Below, one piece after another: positions 25,614-30,730 of a DNA stretch of 30,730 nucleotides. Source of the DNA: a bacterium. Its GTDB lineage: Bacteria > RBG-13-61-14 > DATKZS01. How positions within the stretch are numbered: position 1 is the first letter of the stretch; each line of letters starts with the position of its first letter. A program made the translations under genes and the position numbers. The stretch covers positions 1 through 30,730 of the forward strand of contig JAWOBU010000226.1 in NCBI GenBank assembly GCA_046484135.1, given 5' to 3'. The notes below the pieces were generated by a model. It searched no databases and was not told where the DNA came from. It was given only the letters and a program-made list of their open reading frames with translations.

Positions 25614-26681
25614 CTACTCGACCGTCTCTGTCCACCCGTAGGGGTCTTCCAGGTTGCCGTACTGGATGCCGGTGATGGTGTCGTAGAGCTTCTGGGAGAG
25701 GGGGCCCACCTCGCCGCCGTTCACCGTTACCGTGTCCTTGCCGTAGGTGAGCGATCCCACCGGCGAGATGACCGCGGCGGTGCCGGTGCCGAAGCACTCC
25801 TGGAGCGAGCCGCTCCGTGCCGCCTCCATGACCTCGTCAATGGATATCTTTCGTTCCGAGACCTTCATGTTCCAGTCGCGGGCCAGCCGGATCACGCTGT
25901 CGCGGGTGACTCCCGGCAGTATGGTGCCGGTTAGCGGCGAGGTGATAAGCTTGTCGTCAATCAGAAAGAAGATGTTCATGGTGCCCACTTCTTCGACCCA
26001 CTTGCGCTCGGCTCCGTCCAGCCAGAGCACCTGGGTGAAGCCCTTTTCCTTGGCCTTTTCCGCGGCCAGGAGGCTGGCGGCGTAATTGGCCGGGGTCTTG
26101 GCTTCGCCGAGTCCGCCTTCAGCGGCCCGGATGTAATGGTCCTCGACCAGTATCTTGACCGGGCTGAACCCCTCTTTGTAGTAGGCGCCCACCGGCGAGA
26201 GGATGATGTAGAATACGTAGCTCTCCGATACGTGCACGCCCAGGAATGGCTCGGTGGCGATGATGGTGGGCCGGATGTAGAGCGCGGTGCCGGGCGATGA
26301 CGGGACCCATCCCTTGTCCAGTGCCACCAGCTCGTGAATGGCCTGGAGGTGGTCTTCCGGCTCGAGGCGCGGTATGCACACCCGGTCATTGGACCGGTTC
26401 ATCCGGTCAATGTTTTGCCGCGGGCGGAAGAGCTGGACCCTGTCTCCGGTGTTAAAGGCCTTCAGCCCCTCGAAGGTGGCCTGGCCGTAATGGAGCATGA
26501 TGGTGGCCGGGTCCAGGGTAAAAGGCCCGTAGGGAACTATGCGCGGGCTGTGCCAGCCCTTCTTCGAGTTGTAGTCCATGACAAACATATGGTCGGTAAA
26601 AACCTGGCCGAAGCCCAGGGACTGGTCCGGAGGAGGGGCGCCGGGATTGTCGGTCTTTTGAACTTTAATGGATAAAGACAT
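25614..26681 (-). CDS. ilvE: Branched-chain amino acid aminotransferase
   Basis: LGFG..FTDHMF, LHYGQ..FEGLKA, LYIRP, AKTPANYA, EEVGTMN, ILPGVTR and GTGTAAVISPVG. Confidence 0.96.
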   Translation of the reverse strand: MSLSIKVQKTDNPGAPPPDQSLGFGQVFTDHMFVMDYNSKKGWHSPRIVPYGPFTLDPATIMLHYGQATFEGLKAFNTGDRVQLFRPRQNIDRMNRSNDRVCIPRLEPEDHLQAIHELVALDKGWVPSSPGTALYIRPTIIATEPFLGVHVSESYVFYIILSPVGAYYKEGFSPVKILVEDHYIRAAEGGLGEAKTPANYAASLLAAEKAKEKGFTQVLWLDGAERKWVEEVGTMNIFFLIDDKLITSPLTGTILPGVTRDSVIRLARDWNMKVSERKISIDEVMEAARSGSLQECFGTGTAAVISPVGSLTYGKDTVTVNGGEVGPLSQKLYDTITGIQYGNLEDPYGWTETVE

Positions 26682-26713
26682 TTACTGGACCTCCTTTTGC
26701 GTGCTGATCTGGC

Positions 26714-26737
26714 CGCGGCCGTAAAAGCCGCCCCTAC
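26714..26737 (-). repeat. GTAG-type REP-like hairpin in the ilvE leader
   Basis: Minus strand GTAGGGGCGGCTTTTACGGCCGCG has the same tetranucleotide-GA/GG-hairpin-GA/G architecture as the other REPs. Single copy. Confidence 0.45.
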
Positions 26738-26913
26738 AATTTGAAACCGCCTTGCCGGGAATGTCAACACCGGTTTCATATTCTTCGGTCTATGTTCTTT
26801 CCAAACTTGAACACCAAAGGCAAAACTTGGTATGGTGTTTCGCGTTAACTTGAGGCGTTATTTGTTTCTGCAAAGGTAATGGTGCCAGCGTAACTCTGAA
26901 GAAAGCGAAGCCT

Positions 26914-26935
26914 TCGCGGCTAAAGCCGCTCGCAC
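26914..26935 (-). repeat. REP-like palindrome, family A, copy 3
   Basis: tcgcggctaaagccgctcgcac. Confidence 0.8.
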
Positions 26936-27001
26936 TTATTGAATTGCTTTTACGGAGCACAATAATGTCGTAATAGAGAACACGGTAAAAGGAGCAAAGC
27001 C

Positions 27002-28168
27002 ATGGATTTCGATTTTCCCGAGGAGTACAAGGTACTGCGTGACAGCATCCGCAGGTTCGCGGACCGGGTGTTGATCCCTGCTAACGAAGAGGCGGAGAGC
27101 GAAGGCAAGGTCCCGGACCGGGTTGCGGAGCAGATGAAGGAGATGGGTCTTCTGGGTATCATGACCCCCGAGGAGTACGGAGGCATGGGCATGACCAACG
27201 TGGCCTGCATGATCATCCAGGAGGAGCTCGCCCGCGCCAACCTCGGCTATGCCTTTTACATCAGCGGCAACATCGGTATCGGGACCCTCGGCATCGTCTA
27301 CTTCGGAAACGAGGAGCAGAAACAAAAGTATCTGCCCCGGATGGCCTCGGGAGAGCTCCTCTCCTGCTTCGCCCTGACCGAGCCGAACGCGGGCTCGGAC
27401 GCCGCGGCAATCCAGATGAAGGCGGAGAAAAAGGGCGACAAGTACGTCTTGAACGGCATGAAGCACTACATCACCACCGCCAACATCTCCGACGTGCACA
27501 TAGTGCTGGCGGTTACGGACAAGGAAGCGGGCCACCGGGGCATAAGCGCATTTATAGTGGAAAGCGACGCACCGGGCTTCCGCATCGGCAAGATTCAGCA
27601 GTCCATGGGTGTTGACGTGTGCCAGCAGTGCGAGATGATCTTCGAGGACTGTGAGGTTCCGGACGAGAACCTGCTGGGCGAAGAAGGGCAGGGCTTCGAG
27701 ATAGCCATGCGGGTCTTGGAGGAAGGCCGCGTCTCGCAGGGGGCCCGGGCCTGCGGGGTGGCCCGCCGTCTTCTCGAGCTCTCCCGCGAGCACGCCGGGG
27801 TGCGGGTCCAGTTCGGACAGATCATATCAAAGTTCCAGGCCGTCCAGTGGATGCTGGCGGACATGGCCACCGAGCTTTACGCCATGAAGAACATGGTCTA
27901 CGACACCGCCTGGCGCCTGGACCAGGGCGACCGTCAGCGTGCGCGGGCCAGCATGGTCAAGCTGTTCTGCACCGAGGCGGTGGGAAGGATAGCCGACCGT
28001 GCGGTCCAGATTCACGGGGGCATGGGCTGCATGAGGGAGGCCCCGGTCGAGGGCATGTACCGGGAAGTCCGCGCCATGCGCATTTATGAGGGGACCTCGG
28101 AAATCCAGCGGCTCATCATCTCCCGCGACGTTATAAAGAACGGGCTCCAGTTTCTGGGGTACGACTGA
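27002..28168 (+). CDS. Acyl-CoA dehydrogenase
   Basis: FALTEPNAGSD, LNG.K.YIT, R.QFG..I..FQ, AVQIHGGMG and RIYEGTSEIQ (catalytic Glu at the SCAD/MCAD position). Confidence 0.95.
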   Translation: MDFDFPEEYKVLRDSIRRFADRVLIPANEEAESEGKVPDRVAEQMKEMGLLGIMTPEEYGGMGMTNVACMIIQEELARANLGYAFYISGNIGIGTLGIVYFGNEEQKQKYLPRMASGELLSCFALTEPNAGSDAAAIQMKAEKKGDKYVLNGMKHYITTANISDVHIVLAVTDKEAGHRGISAFIVESDAPGFRIGKIQQSMGVDVCQQCEMIFEDCEVPDENLLGEEGQGFEIAMRVLEEGRVSQGARACGVARRLLELSREHAGVRVQFGQIISKFQAVQWMLADMATELYAMKNMVYDTAWRLDQGDRQRARASMVKLFCTEAVGRIADRAVQIHGGMGCMREAPVEGMYREVRAMRIYEGTSEIQRLIISRDVIKNGLQFLGYD

Positions 28169-28217
28169 TGCCGAAGGCCGGCTCTTAGAAGTTAAACCTG
28201 CCTGAACACGCGTCCTT

Positions 28218-29594
28218 CTACAACCCGTATTCTTCCATTAGGTCAACCGCCAGCGCCGGCCAGGTGAAGTTGGGCGCGCCCTTGCCTTCGCCGGTACGTG
28301 GATCGTAGAACTCGTGGAAACCCTGCTCCTTGATCAGCCGGACAGTGGACCGGGTGACCTCCACCGGGTAGCCGGTGTAGCCGTAGTTTTCAGCCAGACG
28401 CGCCGCCATCCAGCTCATGTTGGTCCAGATACAATGGCCCCGCCAGATAAGGGTGTCCTCCAGCGGGATGTTCTCGCCCTCGAGCTCCGACCTCGAGTTG
28501 AAAGGCACCAGCCGCTCGCCGTAAAAGTGCTTCTTGGAAAGAAGGTTCTTTTCAATGAGCTTCTTGGCCTTGTCTTCGGACACCAGGCCGGTAAGGAGCG
28601 GCAACGCGCCCGTCATGCACTTGTGCCTCGAAAGCTTGGGACTCTTAACGTCGTAACGAGGATAAAAGAAAGAAGCGCCCTCGTCCCAGAAAATTTCTTC
28701 CATCGCTTCCACCATGGACCGCGCTTTTGACTCCCATTTGTCCGCCTTGGCGGCGTCTCCCGACTGGCGACATAGATAAGACAGCGACTGAAGGCCCCGC
28801 GCCGTAAGCGAGTTCATGCCCACGTCCTCGAACACGAACCGGTTCTTTTGCGCCAGCTTCTTCGGGTCCCAGTCGTGCTCGGCGCAAAAGTTTAAAAGCC
28901 GGGGATAGGCGATGCCCGCCTTTACCGCGGTAAAGGGGTTCTTCATGTTAAAGTCCATGGGCTCGTCAAACACCGGCGCCATGTCCGTGCCCGACTCCCA
29001 CGGATGGATAATGGACACCAGGCCGTCGCCGAACAGGTCCCGGTCTTCGGTCAAGTAGCGGCAGCATCTCTCCATGGCCGGAATGAATTCCAGGACCCGC
29101 GGGTCTTGGTGCTTCCGGTAGAGAAGCTCGGCCGCCAGCAGGAAAGAGGGCGGGTCTATAAAAGCGCTCTTCCCTTCGTCGTCGTACTGCCGGCGGACCG
29201 CGTAGACCACGGCCTTGCGCATGGGGTCCTCCGGCGAGAGCTTCGGCACCCGGACCTCGTGCGGGATGTGGCCGTCATCCGCCTGCACGCTGTAGATGGT
29301 GGAAAGCTCGGAGATGGCCTTGTCCGCGTCCAGGTGAGACATGGCGATAACGTGCCAGCCCGAGTCCCAGGCGTAGAACGCCCGGTAGGTCTGGTAAGAA
29401 GGCAGGTGAAAAAAACCGATGGATGAGCGGACCTCGTTCTTTTTGAACATCAGGGACGCGCTTTTGCGAAGGTCCTCTTTTACCGCTTTCTCCTCCGGAA
29501 AAAACCCGGCCGCACGCGCGACCAGCCCGTGCAGGCTGCCGGCCGCCGCGGCCGATACCACTGTTCCGTACTTTAAAAGCTCTCTGCGATCCAA
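28218..29594 (-). CDS. Tat-exported MGH1/GH63-like (alpha/alpha)6 glycoside hydrolase
   Basis: TTG start behind GAGGAG and a DRRELLK twin-arginine signal. AWDSG.H, G.IPH, IIHPWESG.D, WRG..W.N and F.EFYDP.TG.G.GA.NF.W. Confidence 0.85.
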   Translation of the reverse strand: MDRRELLKYGTVVSAAAAGSLHGLVARAAGFFPEEKAVKEDLRKSASLMFKKNEVRSSIGFFHLPSYQTYRAFYAWDSGWHVIAMSHLDADKAISELSTIYSVQADDGHIPHEVRVPKLSPEDPMRKAVVYAVRRQYDDEGKSAFIDPPSFLLAAELLYRKHQDPRVLEFIPAMERCCRYLTEDRDLFGDGLVSIIHPWESGTDMAPVFDEPMDFNMKNPFTAVKAGIAYPRLLNFCAEHDWDPKKLAQKNRFVFEDVGMNSLTARGLQSLSYLCRQSGDAAKADKWESKARSMVEAMEEIFWDEGASFFYPRYDVKSPKLSRHKCMTGALPLLTGLVSEDKAKKLIEKNLLSKKHFYGERLVPFNSRSELEGENIPLEDTLIWRGHCIWTNMSWMAARLAENYGYTGYPVEVTRSTVRLIKEQGFHEFYDPRTGEGKGAPNFTWPALAVDLMEEYGL

Positions 29595-29638
29595 AACAGT
29601 CTCCTCCTCTCACCCTTTTGCAAAAAGCTGGAGGTTTG

Positions 29639-29714
29639 GCAGGAGAGATATCCCTGTCTGGGTGCAACATGCACAGGCAGGTCTCGACAATCGCGAACTC
29701 CTGCTCGCTCCCAC
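29639..29714 (-). repeat. REP doublet, family B, copy 2, with the nested 29-bp element in the other arm
   Basis: Reverse-oriented homologue of 25409-25488. Insert CCTGTCTG-N10-GCACAGGCAGG at 29653-29681. Confidence 0.75.
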
Positions 29715-29822
29715 TATACTAATCCAGACTCTTTGCGTGTTGGCGCTTGTGCGTGATTAAATCCAGGGACTCCGTTTTATATGGGGCCGGCAATTATAAA
29801 AGGTCGAGTCGTTCAGCCGGCG

Positions 29823-30053
29823 TCAGTTTTCCATGGCCTGTTGAACGAGGTCCTCGACCTCGCCGGGGTGCGGGAACCTGCCCTGCGATCTCTTCGAGAA
29901 AACCGGCCGGCCGTCCAGCTTGACCTCGAAGTCGCCGGTGGACCCCACCTCGTACTCAGCCTCGATGTTCAACTTCTCCTGGATGGACTCCGCGAGAGCG
30001 ACCGCCCTCGGCTGGTAGCCTCATCTGCCGCAGTAACTGATGTGGACCTTCAT
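29823..30053 (-). CDS. SelW/SelT/SelH (Rdx family) selenoprotein, 76 aa, Sec at codon 11
   Basis: Manual translation gives MKVHISYCGR-U(TGA 30023-30021)-GYQPRAVALAESIQEKLNIEAEYEVGSTGDFEVKLDGRPVFSKRSQGRFPHPGEVEDLVQQAMEN*. It has CxxU, G.FEV..DG..VFSK...GRFP and a GAGGTG RBS. Confidence 0.93.
29990..30020 (-). promoter_or_regulatory. Bacterial SECIS element
   Basis: 11 nt after the UGA, a stem GAGGGC/GCUCUC (extendable by one C-G pair) carries the apical loop GGUC. Confidence 0.8.
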
Positions 30054-30120
30054 CTTTTCAACACCTCTTGATAGAGTTTTATAAAGCTTCGGAAAATTAA
30101 TGCATGAACGAACGGTTTAC

Positions 30121-30142
30121 GTGCGAGCGGCTTTAGCCGCGA
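30121..30142 (+). repeat. REP-like palindrome, family A, copy 4
   Basis: gtgcgagcggctttagccgcga. Confidence 0.8.
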
Positions 30143-30210
30143 TCAAATAGTCATTACTTGTTATTATAACATCCGTCCCGGTTCGTGCAGGCTTGCATCA
30201 TAACCGGCAT

Positions 30211-30624
30211 TTATCCGAGCGTCCGGTTGCGGAGCTTGTTTATATAGCTTACGGCCATGTAGTAGGGGAACTTCCAGAAGGCGGAGGGGTCGAGATAGGG
30301 GTTCGGTGTCTTGAAGTAGTAGCAGCCGAAGTTCATGAAGTAAGGCACCACCACCGGGCACCCCCCGATCCTCCGCGTCTTGCCTTTTACCTCTCCTTTG
30401 ACTTTGGCACAGTCGCCGATAAGCAGCACGGGCATGCCTTGTCCGTCCACGTCTCCTTCGTACTCGCCCATGACCACCGCCACCGGCCGGGCCTTCTTCA
30501 GCGCCCCCGGGCTGTAGGCTTCCATGATGGCCCCGACGTCGGCGCCTTCGGCCGACGGTTCTTCGCCGGCGTCGGCCGTGTCGTCGCCGGTCTGCGGCTG
30601 CTCCGACCTGGCCGGCTCGACCAC
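30211..30624 (-). pseudogene. Truncated or chimeric ORF ending in a DUF362-like C-terminal segment
   Basis: The C-terminal part (VLLIGDCA...IGGCP...NPYLD) has normal codon usage and resembles DUF362-type tails. The N-terminal part is an acidic linker with no clear RBS and in-frame stops upstream. Confidence 0.4.
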
Positions 30625-30730
30625 CGGGAAACAGGTAGATCAGTTTGAATAACATGGTTTACCCGCGGACTTGGGCCTATCATCCTACTCCCAGATCGTA
30701 AAACATATTTGCTGTCTGACGTATTTTTCC

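Noticed and set aside
26815..26900. c-di-GMP-I riboswitch suggested by AAAGGCAAAAC
   Set aside because: It lacks the GAAA tetraloop, the GACGCAAAG junction and the P3 pairing.
29781..30071. 96-aa plus-strand ORF
   Set aside because: Antisense shadow of the selenoprotein gene.
30631..30657. Second selenoprotein (in-frame CYSN-TGA-STC, UxxC-like)
   Set aside because: No in-frame start codon between the upstream TAG (30687) and the TGA, no recognisable family and no clear SECIS.
1..30730. CRISPR array, tRNA/rRNA genes, intact transposase or prophage
   Set aside because: I found no regularly spaced repeats, cloverleaf or rRNA signatures, or intact mobile-element genes.

Overview
A GC-rich, gene-dense chromosomal window whose gene content and order look deltaproteobacterial (Desulfobacterota/Myxococcota-like; this is an inference). 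In order it holds: the end of a probable metallohydrolase gene; a minus-strand gcvT-gcvPA-gcvPB-KamA/EpmB operon with no gcvH; a TPR protein; a small Cys/His protein; a Tat-exported GH97 glycosidase; the maf-yggS-proC-yggT-divIVA-yggU operon; a secreted tandem START/SRPBCC protein; and an orphan Myxococcus-type pilA with a sigma54 promoter and palindromic enhancer. After a probable IS1634-like relic comes a ~9 kb minus-strand signalling/transport cluster (15353-24494). The cluster encodes a PAS sigma54 activator with a non-canonical Walker B, a NifX-like protein, five stand-alone receiver domains (one a pseudo-receiver), a Cache kinase, a sensor-less His-phosphotransferase-like pseudokinase, a CBS protein and an atypical DASS transporter. 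Three of its proteins share a recurrent 'A(A/V/I)AFAEAG' helical tag. The window ends with ilvE, an acyl-CoA dehydrogenase, a Tat-exported MGH/GH63-like hydrolase, and a SelW/Rdx selenoprotein (CxxU plus SECIS) that the ORF track misses. Intergenic spaces carry REP-like palindromes, including two REP doublets that each contain a nested 29-bp element at a different site. The most promising poorly characterised system is the tagged multi-receiver phosphorelay/transporter cluster. All family assignments come from motif recognition, not database searches.
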